Shown here: in pieces, positions 1 through 12,500 of the stretch
How the letters are laid out: each line of letters opens with the position of its first letter
How positions within the stretch are numbered: position 1 is the stretch's first letter
Assembly: GCF_009914755.1 (NCBI RefSeq)
Contig: NC_060942.1
Source: the human T2T-CHM13v2.0 reference genome, Homo sapiens
Length of the DNA stretch: 64,000 nt
Reading direction: 5' to 3' (one strand)
Made by a program: the position numbers and the translations under genes
Notes under the pieces: model-generated
What the model was told of the DNA's origin: nothing
The model's database searches: none
What the model saw: the letters and a program-made list of their open reading frames with translations, nothing else

Positions 1-299
1 AGCTCTGCACCATCTTTCTCATGTTTGACCTAACATCCTGTGTCTCCATTGTATTTCATACCATGTGTCTCCCCAGCCCAAATTCAAAAGAATATTTAAG
101 ACCTTCCAACAGGATCTGAAAGGATGACCCTTTGAAATGGGTCATTACTAGTGCAAAGAACAGTTTCTGCCAATAAGAATTTCCCATTTACCCCTAAAGG
201 GCAAAGATTATATTTCACTGATATTTGTGGGTTATGTTCCCCACACCTCAACCCCAGTACGCAGCACTATGCCTAGTTCAAATTAACACAGCAGGAGTT

Positions 300-833
300 T
301 GTGAAGGAGGAAAAACTTTTTCTCTGTTCCTTAGGAGGCCTGCAAATTAAACTGAAAAAAAAAAGAAGAAGAAGAAGAAGAGGAAGTTTATTTGCTCATA
401 TAATGGGCATATATGCAGGAGTGCTCAGTAAATCAAAGAAGTGGTTAGAATGTGGGGCTTATGTACTTAAGTTACGAGAGAAAAGGAAGATGGAAGAAAA
501 GACATCTATGGGAAAAACAAATAAGTTTCTTTAGGAATGATAGATGGATTTTTAGGAGAACAAATTAAAGATAAGAAAGTTTGTGATAAGTGGTCTATCT
601 TCTTCATGGTCATGAAACTCCCTGGAAGAGCGAATCTGTGGTAGGTTAACTCTTGGTCTGTCTCCCAAAGACCTGCCCTAAAGAGAGAATTTATGGCAAT
701 CTCACATACCAGAGGTTCCTGCTTTTAGTCAGATAAGGAATGCTTCAAGAAGGCTCCTTTCTGTACCTGTTGAATCTCAGATGTCTTCAACTTAATCTTT
801 ATACCAACTCTTCATTCCAAGTGGGTCCCCATA
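300..833 (-). mobile_element. ERV1 solo LTR, MER4-group (MER89/MER90-like; subfamily uncertain)
   Basis: Minus strand begins TATGGGGACCC..GAAGAGTTGGTATAAAGATTAAGTTGAAGACATCTGAG and ends TTTTCCTCCTTCACA, typical MER4-group termini. Confidence 0.5.
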
Positions 834-987
834 TGTTCAATTAATGAAGATGGAACTGGATGAAACACTATGTGGAGCATGGTTCCTAGGTGAGATAAGC
901 TAAGCAAAATGATTCCCATGCTGATCACTGAAGGACTTCATTCTTTCTACGAGGCACTAAATTAGAATTCTATTAGGTGGAGGCTAC

Positions 988-1700
988 AGTAACTGCCCAG
1001 TGGGTTCACCTTGCCTGCTGCCTAGACAGAGCCAATTTATCAAGACAGGAGAGCTGCAATAGAGAAAGAGTTATCCACACAGAGTCGGCTGTGCAGGAGA
1101 CTGAAATATTATTACTCAAATCAGTCTTCCCGAGCATTCAGGGATTGGAGTTTTTAAGGATAATTTGGTGGGTTGGGGGCCAGTGGTCAGGAGTGCTGAT
1201 TGGTTGTGTTGGAAATGAAATCATACGGAGTCAAAGCTGTGCTCTTCTGTTGAGTCAGTTCCTGGGTTGAGGGGGCACAAGATCAGATGAGCCATTTTGT
1301 CAATCTGGGTGGTGCCAGCTGGTCCATCAATTTCAGTGTTGGCAAAATATCTCAAGCACTGATCTAAGATTTTCCAATAGTGATGTTATTCCTAGAAGCA
1401 ATTTGGGGAGGGTCAGAATCTTGTAGCCTCCAATTGCATGACTCCTAAACCAAAATTTCCAGTCTTTTGGCTAATTTGTTAGTCCTATAAAGGCAGTCTA
1501 GTCCAAAGGTAAGAAGGGGGTCTGTTTGGGTAAAGGGCTGTTTTCTTCTTTGTTTCCAATGATAAACTAGTGCCTCTCAATGTAAGTTTGGCCTATACCC
1601 TGGAATGAACAAGGACAGCTTGGAGGTTGGAAGCAAGATTGCATTGGTTAAGTTAGATCTCTTTCACTGTCTCGGTTATAAATTTGCAATGCTGGTTTCA
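988..1700 (-). mobile_element. LTR8-type ERV1 solo LTR
   Basis: Minus strand begins TGAAACCAGCATTGCAAATTTATAACCGAGACAGTGAAAGAGATCTAAC (LTR8 5' end); 4-bp TSD CTAC at 984-987 and 1701-1704. Confidence 0.85.
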
Positions 1701-1786
1701 CTACTGAATGCATCTCTTTGGGATCTCAGCTAGAAGAACCAACTGTTCTGCTTCAACTCCAGGCCTGATTACTTGGACCAAGGTAG

Positions 1787-2494
1787 TGTTGAAGCTCAGA
1801 AAACAATACCGCAAAGTATGGTCTTTGGCATGCTAAGCACTTTGAATTAAAGGAAATTAGAAGGCTTTAGAAGCTGCCTCAGAAGCAAGGTCTCTCTGAC
1901 CTTCCCTTTTTCTTCCTCCAAACACAAGGAGGAGCTCTCTCTAGGGAAGTTAGCTGACTGAGGACAGTACTACCAAAAGAAACACAATTACCTTCAAACA
2001 TTTGTCTGAAATCTCATTGTCAGGGGATTAGTCACTGAAGAAGAAAATGAAGGCTGTTCCCATGCCCATCTGTACAGACCTTTTATCTATTCTTCTGAGG
2101 CCTGTTACCTGAGAGACTTTATCAGCATAACAACTGTTGTTCACAGTACAGTTCTGTCCCTCAGCTTCCTATAACTTGTCACCATCTTCCCCAGAGCCCA
2201 GAGAAACTTTGTCCCAGGCTATTGTCTATTCTTTAAGCCCATATATCTCCCCTAAAAACCATTTACTCTTCCTCTAAAATTGTCTACATCCCCCACTTTG
2301 CTCTCCCTTACAAACAGGGCATTTCAGTTTCAGCCATCTGGCCCTTCTTCAGGTGTTCAAACTTTGTAAGCCTTTTATGCACTTGCACATTAATACTGTT
2401 GTATGCCTTTTCTCCTGTCAATCTGTCTCTTGTGAGTTTATTTCAGCAAACTCAATTACTGAGCCTTCGGAAGGAAAGTTTAGCTTTCCCTACA
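1787..2494 (+). mobile_element. ERV1 solo LTR, MER39/MER31-like
   Basis: TGTTGAAGCTCAGAAAACAATACCGCAAAGTATGG start, TTTCCCTACA end, ~710 bp. Confidence 0.65.
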
Positions 2495-3096
2495 GTGATG
2501 ATAAACCCACCTCCCACCCATGTTTCTTCTGCCGAGGCACAGGTTTTCTCTTTGTTTTGTGTTGTTTTGTTTTGAAAATTAACTTGACTGGGAAAATCAA
2601 ACTATATGGACAGAACTTAGGATGACAGGATGGGTTTTGAGAGCACTAATTTTGTGGCATATTGTTTTATCCAAGTTTACTTTGCAGCTTGGTTGGCATG
2701 TATTCAACCATCCTCAGCATTACATGGAGAGAACCACCTTCTCAAAGACCCTCATTTTAGTCTTGGACCTTTTCCTCTTCTGCTTTCTCTACTGGACACT
2801 CTCTCTACCCTACCTCTGCAAATTGGCTGAACAAAGTAGTAAAAAAGCATAAGATTTGGATACAGTTTCTGGCCAAGCACCCTAAAACTCTGTAGGCACA
2901 TCTCAGCTGGTTGCCCAGTCTGAACCTTGCACCATACTCTTGTTGGAGACCAGAATATGCCACTCCAAAATATGCCTCTTTGGCATAAGGATCATTTTAA
3001 GCTAATTATTTTAAGAAACTGCAGACACAGGAGAAGCTCTGACACGTTAAAGTTACCCATTGTAAGGAAATTTACATCTATGAAGGAAATCTCCAT

Positions 3097-3244
3097 TTGT
3101 GTTGACTGTTTTGTTGTTGCTGTTGTCGTTTTTAGAAACAAGTTATTACCATGTTGCCCAGGCTGGTCACCACCTGCTGGGATCAAGTCATCCTCTCATC
3201 TCCCAAGTAACTAGGACTACAAGCACATGCCACCATGCTAGGAT
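3097..3244 (-). mobile_element. FLAM (free Alu monomer)
   Basis: CCATGTTGCCCAGGCTGGTC..GGACTACAAGCACATGCCACCATG; 12-bp TSD GGAAATCTCCAT at 3085-3096 and 3245-3256. Confidence 0.8.
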
Positions 3245-3393
3245 GGAAATCTCCATATTTAAGGTTGTCTCCCACTGTATATTAGGAAGAGAAGAATGAC
3301 TCTAAATCGCTAGAAACTCTGAACACAGAAGGCAAATCTGCATAACAAACTTATTGACAAATCTGTACAACAAACTTATTCTTATTTACCATG

Positions 3394-3813
3394 TGAAATA
3401 GTTTGGATCTGTGTCCCCATAAAATCACATGTTAAATTGTAATCTCCAACATTGGAGGTGGGGTCTGGTGGGAGGTGATTGGATTATGGGGGTAGATTTC
3501 TCATGAATGGTTTACCACCATTTACATGATACTGCTCCCGTGAGAGTGAGTGAGTTCTTATGAGATCTGGTGGTTGGAAAGTGTGTGGCACTTCCCCACC
3601 TCTCTGGCTCCTGCTCAGGCCATGTGAAATGCTTCCTTCACCTTTGCCTCAACCGTGATTGGAAGTTTCCTAAAGCCTCCTCAGAAGCTGAGCAGATGCC
3701 AGCACCATGCTTTCTGTATAGCCTGCAGAACTGTGAGCCAATTAAACCTCTTTTCTTTATAAATTACCCAGTGTCAGGTTTTTTTTAGAGCAATATGAGA
3801 ATGGCCTAATACA
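3394..3813 (+). mobile_element. MSTA MaLR solo LTR
   Basis: TGAAATAGTTTGGATCTGTGTCCCC...GGCCTAATACA; 5-bp TSD CCATG on both sides. Confidence 0.9.
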
Positions 3814-4310
3814 CCATGCTTTTCCTGGATACCTCCCCATAACTAGCCTTCCCTACACCCTTCTTTTTTTATTTCAGATAAGGATGGTATTTAAGCCTGA
3901 ACTCAAAGCAACATCTTTGAGAATTACTTATTTCTTCCTGGGTATCTCCAAGGTACACATGAGGCAGACATGTTAATAAACCTGCTTGTTTATCTTTCAC
4001 TTTGTGTTTTGTTACAGAGCTCCATCTCACTAAGAACTATGAAGGCGAAAGGGAAACTTATTTTTCCCTCCCTTAATCTCTTCTCTTCTTCACCCCAGCC
4101 TCCTCATACAGTACCCAAAAAAGAAGAGGTCATCCATAGAAATATAAAAAGAGTGACAGACATCTTCCTTCTTCTCCAGTCTCTGCCCAGGTATCACAAG
4201 ACTAGTAGCAACTAAGAGAACTAAACATATTATAAATGTTGGGAGTTTGGAGGAGTTCATCTCTGTGGGTGCTCTGCTTGAAAGCTGCACTTAAAGCCAG
4301 ACCTTCAAGA

Positions 4311-4962
4311 TGTCAGAGGCATTTGAGTCAGAGTGACTCCATCTTGAATAGGGGCTGGGTAAAATGAGGCTGAGACCTACTGGGCTGCATTCCTAGGAGG
4401 TTAGGCATTCTAAGTCACAGGATGAGACAGAAGGTTGGCACAAGGTACAGGTCACAAAGACCTTGCTGATAAAACAGTTTGTGGTAAAAAAGCCGGCCAA
4501 ATTCCACCAAAACCAAGATGGCAGTGAAAGTGACCGCTGGTAGTCCCACATTATATGCTAATTATAATACATTAGCATGCTAAAAGACACTATCAGCGCC
4601 ATGACAGTTTATAAATGCCATGGCAATATCAGGAAGTTACCCTATATGGTCTAAAAAGTGGAGGAAAGAACCCTCAGTTTCAGCAGTTGCCACCACCACC
4701 CCCCAGCCACCCCACCCCTGCTTTTCCAGAAAACTCAAGAATAATCCACCCCTTGTTTAGCATATAATCAAGAAATAACCATAAATATAGACAACCAGCA
4801 TCCCTCAGGGCCGCTCTGCCTATGGAGTAGCCATTCTTTATTCCTTTACTTTTTTAATAAACTTGCTTTCACTTTACTTTGTGGACTCTCCCCAGAGTCT
4901 TTCTTGCATGAGATCCAAGAACCCTCTGTTGGGGTCTGGATCAGGACCCCTTTCTGGTAACA
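4311..4962 (+). mobile_element. MER41B ERV1 solo LTR
   Basis: TGTCAGAGGCATTTGAG..CTCCATCTTGAATAGGGGCTGGG start and GGACCCCTTTCTGGTAACA end; colinear with recalled MER41B consensus; TSD AAGA/AATA. Confidence 0.9.
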
Positions 4963-6257
4963 AATACACCAAAGGAAATGACGACAGGAGAGATGAGGAA
5001 CTGTGAATATAAAATAGGCCCAGCAGCCCCTGCACTGCACAACTGCAGTGGGCACCCTTCATATTAGCCCCCGGGGTCAAGCAATAGGGACAAATTTGTG
5101 CTTCATTGAAAATCTATGCTTTGCCTAGGTTCTAGAGGACCCATCTCTGGGTTATCTGATTGTCTAGGACTTATTTTACAGCTCTATGATTGTGTCTGAC
5201 TAATGGCAATGCAAAATAATTCTTGGCTATAGACATGTAAATTCTGTACTATCTGGTAGAGGTTCCATTGACTTTTATCTCCTAACGTAAAATAATCTGG
5301 TTTGGGGGGGAGGCTGTTGCACATTAATTTCAACATTCCTGTACTCCCTATGTTAGTGCTTTTTAAAACTTTTCCTTTGACTTGATTGTTACACCTTGCC
5401 AGTGTAAGTAAAATCTTTAGCACAGGTTCATATTTATATCTGTATGAGTGTGGCGTTTCACCCCACAAGTATCCAAAACTTGACAGAGGGGAAGCCTGCG
5501 CTGAGAACTTACCACTCACCCCTGCTCAGGGCACATTAGCATAACAACAGAAGCTTTATTCTCAGGACCTGGCCTTTTCCCTTTTTCCCCCAAAGGGCTC
5601 CTCAGATAAAACCCTATTACCCTGGGGAGGGTGTTTCAAATACACTGGGGCTGTTAGGTGGAAGGTTTAATTCATATCTAAGTGACTGGAAGACAAGCTG
5701 GGTTTGCATTCTAAATGTACTGGAGCCTGGACCATTTGCAAGTAAATAAAAATTTCACTCTCCTCTCCTTTTCTAATAGTCCTTAACGTCTGCTGACAAG
5801 TAGCTACTGAGAAATTTTCATAACTAAAGGGCAAGCTTTCGCTTTGAATGCTAAATAAGTTTCTTTAAAGATAAAAATCAAAGCCTTGACCCTCTTCCTA
5901 TAGGTAGTATAGGAAGCACCAACTGTACTTTTTTCCCTGCCTGCCCTCCCTCTATTAGGGCTGCTAGAAGGCACAATGATTTTTGTATATTCACCAAAAT
6001 AGATTTGGTGCCAAAATAGACCAAAGCTCAGCCAGGAATCTTAGCCTGTTGGAGCTACCTGGGAGTTCCTAGGTCTATTATTTTGCTGAAACTAAGAAAC
6101 TCAGAGGAGATGATACAATGGATAAGTGGGCAACCAGGATCTAAAATCAGTGGCTCCAGATTCATTAGGATTTCCCCCCTACACCCTGAGCAAAGCCACC
6201 CTCTAGCACACTGGTCCTCAGAGTGAAGTGTAGGAAGAAATAGTCATTTCACTTTAT

Positions 6258-6564
6258 TATTATTTTTTAATTAATTAATTATTTATTTACTGAGACAGGA
6301 TCTCACTCTGTCTCCCAGGCTGCAGTGCAGTGGCACCATCACAGCTCACCACAACCAAGGCCCAGGTGATCCTCCCACCTCAGCCTCCTAAGTAGCTGAG
6401 ACTACAAGCGCACTTCAGCATGCCTGGATAATTTTTGTATTTTTTGTAGCGATGGGGTTTTGCCATGTTGCCCAGTGTGATCTTGGACTCTTGGGCTCAA
6501 GCCATCTGCCTGCGTCAGCCTCCCAAAGTGCTGAGATTACAGGTGTGAACCACCATGCCTGACC
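6258..6564 (-). mobile_element. AluJ
   Basis: Dimeric Alu in reverse with J-type features (CTCTTGGGCTCAAGCCATCTGCCTG); degenerate T-rich tail. Confidence 0.88.
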
Positions 6565-6738
6565 TTGCTTTATTTTTAAGTTAACATTACTTTTAGTTTG
6601 TCTTTCTCTAAAAAAGTTTAGCATTCTGTACATTGACATAAGGTAAAAGAAAATGAGTGAAACTTAAACATGAAAGAATACTTCACAATTAAATCCACAG
6701 TTTTATACATTTATTTCACATGTCAGTGAAAACTCACC

Positions 6739-7224
6739 TGAGGGAAGAGAGAGACCCTCTCATATTGTTTTATACTCAGAAAACGAAAGAGAAGAGAAAC
6801 CAAAGGCAGGTAGCCCAGTGCCTAGGAACCAGACCTGAAACCAAGGAACCAGACCCGAAACTAGGCCTGGCCTGCCTGACCTAAGCCTGGTAGTTAAAAT
6901 TTGACCCCTGACCTAGCAACTGTTGTTATCTATAGTTTCCAGACATTGTATGGAAGGACATCGTGATACCTCCCATTCCGTTCTGTTTCACTCTGACCAC
7001 CGGTGCTCGCAGCCCCTGTCACATACCCCCTGGCTTGCTCAATCAATCACGACTCTCTCACGTGGACCCCCTTAGAGTTGCGGGCCCTTAAAAGGGACAG
7101 AAGTTGAGCACCTGATGAGCTCGGATTTTAAGACGCTAGCCTGCCAATACTCCCAGCTGATTAAAGCCACTCCCTTCACTATCTCAGTGTCTGAGGGGTT
7201 TTGTCCGCGACTTGTCCTGCTACA
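6739..7224 (+). mobile_element. HERV-E LTR2B/LTR2C-type solo LTR
   Basis: TGAGGGAAGAGAGAGACCCTCTCATATTGTTTTATACTCAG start and GAGGGGTTTTGTCCGCGACTTGTCCTGCTACA end; TSD CACC/CACA. Confidence 0.85.
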
Positions 7225-7776
7225 CACAAACTATTATAAAAACCTGGACAAATTATATCACAAAAGAAGCAAAAAATGGAAAAAGGTTCCATAAAAACTA
7301 CATCCATGTATGAAAAGCATTGCTCTCTTGGTGTCGTCACATCCTTTTCTTCTGTGCACTGATGTAGAACACATGGTTTCTGTGGCTAAATGCAAGCCCA
7401 TGCTTATTCTTCAGTTGTCCATTACATATTCTTCTGCCTGCTCCAGGGCTATATTCATGTAGCCATCCAGGCAAGCCAGAACCCCTCAATAATCCACTGC
7501 AGAATTTAATTTTACCACAGTTGGCTGACCCAAGATTTGCTTTAAGAGTCACCAGAGGTTTGCTTCCGAAGACTCATTTTAACAAACCTCGCGCCTGGGA
7601 TCCAGAACCCTTGCTCCAGGTGCCCTATAAGCTCATCCTCTATAGACAATAGCAGCCAAAACCTTTACTTTTATTTTCTTTTTAATATTTTATGTCTATT
7701 TTACAATATAATATAACATTCTAGCAAGACTATATCATATACAGTGGTCCTTTAATATTCTTGAAGGATTGGTTTC

Positions 7777-8248
7777 TGACAGAGCAGGAACATCACCATC
7801 TTGGACAAGCACTGCCATTCTAAATTTCCCCTTGATCAAAAACCTCCTAAATCCAAAGGGCATCAGCCTAATGGCTAAGGTCAGCATGACCATAAACTAC
7901 AAATTACATCTCCGACCAGAAACATTCCAACCATAAGATAAACCCCTCCCTGACCAGAGACATGCCAGCCCCAAGATAACCTCCCGTCCAGCAGGAGAAA
8001 TGTCAGCCCCAAGATAAGCTCTTCTCCAACCAGAGATATTCCAACCCCTCCATAAACTCCTCCCTTACACAGAAACATTCCAAGCTTCTGATAAGCTCTC
8101 TCCCCAATAAATACTCTTAATTTGTAAGAGAGAGTGCTCCTGACCAAAATTGGCCAGAAGCCTCTCTCAGGTTTATTCTCCAAAATACACCTGTCTTTGA
8201 CTGTTGAGCCGCTTTTTGTGTTTCTTTCCTCTTTCTTTAACTCTTACA
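7777..8248 (+). repeat. 5' LTR (MER61-like)
   Basis: TGACAGAGCAGGAACATCACCATCTTGGACAAGC...CTCTTACA; direct repeat of 13616-14067. Confidence 0.9.
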
Positions 8249-8250
8249 TT

Positions 8251-8268
8251 TGGTGCCGAAACCTGGGA
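8251..8268 (+). other. Retroviral primer-binding site, tRNA-Phe
   Basis: TGGTGCCGAAACCTGGGA 2 nt after the LTR; 17/18 match to TGGTGCCGAAACCCGGGA, the complement of the tRNA-Phe(GAA) 3' end. Confidence 0.9.
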
Positions 8269-8920
8269 TGGGTGTTGGGGGTAGAGGCTGTCTTGTAGCC
8301 CTGGAAGCAGTGGACAGCAGCTGCTCATCCTGCTGGATCCTGAGAGTCTCTGGCCACCCACCCTGTGTTGTCTCTCACTTCACTTCTAGAGCAATTTGTG
8401 TGAGGAGGACAACTAACCTGAAGGGGACTGCGAGGCTCAGGCTAGGGTTACTCTCCAGTGAGCCCCCAAAACCCTTAGGTCTCAGGAATCCACCTCTGAC
8501 CACCCGCAACAGGTATTTCACTCTCTCCCTTTCTCCTCCCTCATCCTCCCTTCTCTCTCTCTCATTCTTCTAGCGCTGTCTCTCTCTGTCTCTCCTTCCT
8601 TCCCTTCCTCCCTCCCTCATGTGGCTCCAGTCCTAGAGGCCCTTTGCCAATTCCAACCAGAACATCCAACATCAGACACTAATCCAGCTGACTGGTAAGA
8701 TCTGCCCTCCCCTGGCTTTCTAGTGGTAACTGGGAAAAGTAAGTTCGGCCATCCTGGTCCTCGGAGGACCAACGGGGCTAAGCTAGAGGAAATCTTGGGG
8801 ATGCCCAGTTTCTTCTCAGCTTGACTGTCCTCTTTAGAAAGAGGATTCTGGGTCTCTGTCCTTTGTCTGGGGATGCCTAGAACAAAAACAGACACCCTCA
8901 GCTTCTTCTCACCAGTCCAC

Positions 8921-9533
8921 ATGGGTGCCAACAATCCCACATTCCTACATTCTTCCCACTGGACTGTCTCCTTCAAAACCTTGCCAAGCTTGGCTTAGGT
9001 GTTTAGTTTTTTATTGCAACACGGCCTGGCCCCAATACAAATTAGATAATGTCAGCCAATGGCCCAAAAATGGCACCTTTGACTTTCATATTCTCAGGAA
9101 TCTTAACAACTTTATAACCAGGAATGGCAAGTGGCAAGAGGTTCTCTATATTCAGGCTTTCTTCTACTTCTACCTTAGATCCCAATCCTCTCTGTGTCAA
9201 ACTTGCATCCCTCATGAAATCCTTCTTAGTGAAAACCCTCCCTGGGTCTCTCCCTCTTCTGAAACTCCTTTTGACCCTGCAGATGAACTCCTTCTCTATT
9301 CTCATCCCTCTGCATCCTCTCCTCGCCCATCTGAACCCTCCACGCTGGTGGCCCCTCCTGTCCCCAAGCCTTCAGCCGCAAACCCCACTCCTCCTCTTTC
9401 TCTACCTGTTACCCATTTAAAAACTGCTCAAACCACCTCTGCCCTTCTCCCTTTCTGGGAAGTGGCTGGGGTTTAAGGCATTGCTTACGTTGTTCATGTC
9501 CCTTTCTCCATGTCTGATTTGTCGCAGATTGAA
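8921..9533 (+). pseudogene. gag: gag remnant (matrix, Pro-rich region, start of capsid)
   Basis: ATG GGT (MG) at 8921; VFYCNTAWPQYKL..WPKNGTFD..GKWQEVLYIQAFF resembles HERV-W/ERV9-type MA; after stop 9474-9476 reads VHVPFSMSDLSQIE, then homology ends. Confidence 0.85.
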
Positions 9534-12500
9534 GCTATGAGTATATTCAAAAGGCCTTTATGTTTTTCTCATCACAAATCTTGATTTCCTAGAAAAGGTT
9601 TTTCCCAGTCAACTGAATTACTTTCCTCTATTCTGCCTTGCTACTCCTGGTGAAGAACCCTAAAATGACTTCTGGTGGCCTGTGACTCCTTGGGAAAACA
9701 GAAAAGGCACCACAAATCCCATTTTGGGAAAAAATCTGTTTTCCTCATGGAACCCCTAGAATCAGAGGGAATAAGTATCTCCCAAAATCTGTCTTTGTCT
9801 TCCAAAGACTGTTTTCCTAGCCCTGTTCTTAAAGGGCCTCATCTGAAGGCCAATAATCCAATTGGAAAAGTAGAAAAAAAAAAATCTTATAACTACCGGA
9901 TCTTCTTTTGGTTGTCTGTGTGGCCATATATGTGTTATGTGTGCAATGACTATTAAAAAGGCTATAATTAATTGGCCTAAGGAAAATAAGTGCTTAAATC
10001 AAATATTTTTAAGGGAAAAGTAAAAGCTGTGAAATCTTTCAGCTCACTTGACTTTAATATCTTTAAAACTTACTGGTACAATAAGATTAAAAATGTCTTA
10101 AGAGTTGCCAGCATACATTTTTTATTTGCATTTATTGATCAAGCAATTTCATACTTATCTCTGCCAAATACTATAAGCTGTCAAAATTTGGCATACAGGC
10201 TACAAAACTATAACTCAACCCAAACAGAATAATCTTTGCTTGTGTAATTTTTAATAAATGAAACATTAATATTGGTTTAATAAAGATAGCTACATCTTGA
10301 ACTATTTAGTGAAATACCCTAACTTCTAATCTTGTGGCCTTAGGCAGTCTAGTCCATAGACATGAAGGAAGTTTGTTTTAGGAAAGGACTGTTATCTTTA
10401 ATATAAAAAAAAGAGAGAGAATTTATGTAAAAAGAATCTTACATGGTAAATTCTTATCCTAAAGTAAATTAACTGGTTGTTTAAAGGGAGGGATGTTTAC
10501 AAGTCAGAAAGTCGAGGCATGTCAGAAATTGTGTAAATCATGAAACATTTTATAAAAGGGAATTTATGCAAGACATGTTAAACAATTTAAAAGTGATTAG
10601 GCCTCCTGAATGCGTTATAAAATGCCACTATAACCCTTAGCTGTACAACTTGCCTGGTTTGCAGCTAGGTAAGACCCAGGACACATGGAGTTAAATGCTG
10701 GAATGAGTCAGACCTTATCTGCACTTCTGTCTAGGTCCTAGGCTCTATACCTAGTACATAATTAAAATCCCAAACTTACCAACAAAAGTAAAGCTTGCTA
10801 AAAGTTAACAGTGTAACATGCATGTAAGATTATTGAGAAAACAGTTTGCATATACTTTTGGCAAAAAGATTATAAAGAGGCATAAGAGTGTGACTTTTTA
10901 CCTAGATTAAAAGGTTAAAGAATTGTTCTAAGTTGAATAAAATAAAAATGAAAGTTTAAGAACATTTTGGAAGGTTAATTGTAAAGGAAATGCTGGGTAT
11001 AAACATATTGGCTAAAGTTGAAGGGGCATCATCCAGTTTTTCTGTAAATTGATCATTAAAGTAAGAGCACAACAGGTTTCTCTTAAAGCACTAACCTGCT
11101 CTTTAACAAAAATTATAAAGGGTTAAAAAGGGTCCATAAACATCTTACCTTACAGTCCAATATTAAAATTGGGTAAATGTGTCTACATGGTTTTATTAAA
11201 ATTGAGTTTAACATTAATAGCACACTAATATAAAGGTAAAATTTGGCTTATTTGGTATAAAGTCATAACAGAAAGCATTGTCAAATATAAAATGATGTTT
11301 TTTGGGCTATATTTGTATAAATATATTATTGGTATGTGTTCCAAAGTTATAGGAGACTCCTATAATTCTGACATATCTTAGTGTATGTTATCAGTAATAA
11401 TTATAATTGTTATGTTTAAATTACTGTGTGCCACAAAGGTAACAGATATCCTTGTCAATTGTGACTTTATGGCTACCTTAAAACTTTTTGTCATCCATAA
11501 ACAATTGTTGTCTTGTTTTGGTCCCCTTTAAAAGGTGGTTTTATAATCAGGTATAAAGCTCTAACAGGTGCTCTTGAATGCAGTTTTCTGTTAACTTTGG
11601 AGATTGTGACATCAGAATAGAGAAAAATGTTCAGGACTCTTGAAGAGCTAAAATGTTCATTAATATCAAGCAGGACAGGAATTAACTGCATGAAGTGAAC
11701 TAACAGGAGACTGGAGTGATCTTTTTGACATTTTGCTTAAAATATTGCTAATCCTTTGTTTTGCTTTTCAAAGTCAAAGAAACTTTTCTTTTGAGCTATT
11801 GATAGCTTTTAACAATTTAGTATACTCCCATGAACAAAATTTGGAGCATATTTGTTTCTCTCTACCTGATTTTCTCTGGAATTTGGAAACTATCTGTGAG
11901 TATTCTTAAGTTATGGCAATATAGTTATTTGCATAAGTGCAATAAAAATCTGTTTTCTTTTGTAACAGGCCACAATTGGAAAAACTGGTTATTTTTATCA
12001 AGGCTTTGACTGGAATGGTGTGCTTTCCTTTAAGGAATCAAACTTGCCTTATGAAGCCAATAAAGCTCCTGGAAACTGGCCTCATATTCTGTGTACACAG
12101 TCCCTGTACAGGGTGTCTGATCTGTGGTAAGTAAACGATGTCACTTTCTGAACAGGCCAGGAACCCCAAGTTATCTTGGAATCTCAAGAGAGAGGAATTC
12201 ACCCAACTCATAGGTAACTGATGGTACAAATCCATGTCTGAGCTTGGCTTTAAAAAGGTCTTATCTCAGATTCCTTCTGCAGAACAAAGTTCCATCAAAG
12301 CCAATTTAAAAGGCCTATGTAACAAATAATTATTCTTGCTGTACTGCGTGCAAATAACTAAGCCAAGTATAATAAAGCAAACCAGTCCTACCATGATTTG
12401 TCTTTTAATAAAAATGGGAAACTGGAGAGAGAAAATTATGTCTCAAAAACTATAGCGCATGTGTTGTTAAATTCTAGTGTTGCCTAATATTTTTCAATTT

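Larger units (their letters stand above)
2941..4075 (+). mobile_element. MER34-family ERV1 LTR interrupted by FLAM and MSTA
   Basis: TGTTGGAGACCAGAATATGCCACTCCAAAATATGCCTCTTTGGCATAAGGA start; resumes after both insertions; AATAAA near 3975. Confidence 0.75.

Noticed and set aside
301-534. 77-aa ORF with a poly-Lys/Arg NLS-like stretch
   Set aside because: Antisense to an LTR; the basic run comes from an A/GAA microsatellite.
5894-5916. Short perfect inverted repeats (9-bp arms here and at 40820-40844; 7-bp at 44197-44211; 11-bp at 52411-52443)
   Set aside because: Arms of 7-9 bp are expected several times by chance. The AT-rich 11-bp case is borderline, too short for a pre-miRNA, and lacks other support.
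7950-7980. p53 response element in the MER61-like LTR
   Set aside because: Only one imperfect half-site (AGACATGCCA) with no adjacent RRRCWWGYYY partner.
7915-8100. Regularly spaced repeats as a CRISPR-like array
   Set aside because: Degenerate tandem LTR units without unique spacers, in primate DNA with no cas genes.
8251-8268. tRNA gene fragment
   Set aside because: It is the retroviral PBS (18-nt complement including CCA), not a tRNA gene.
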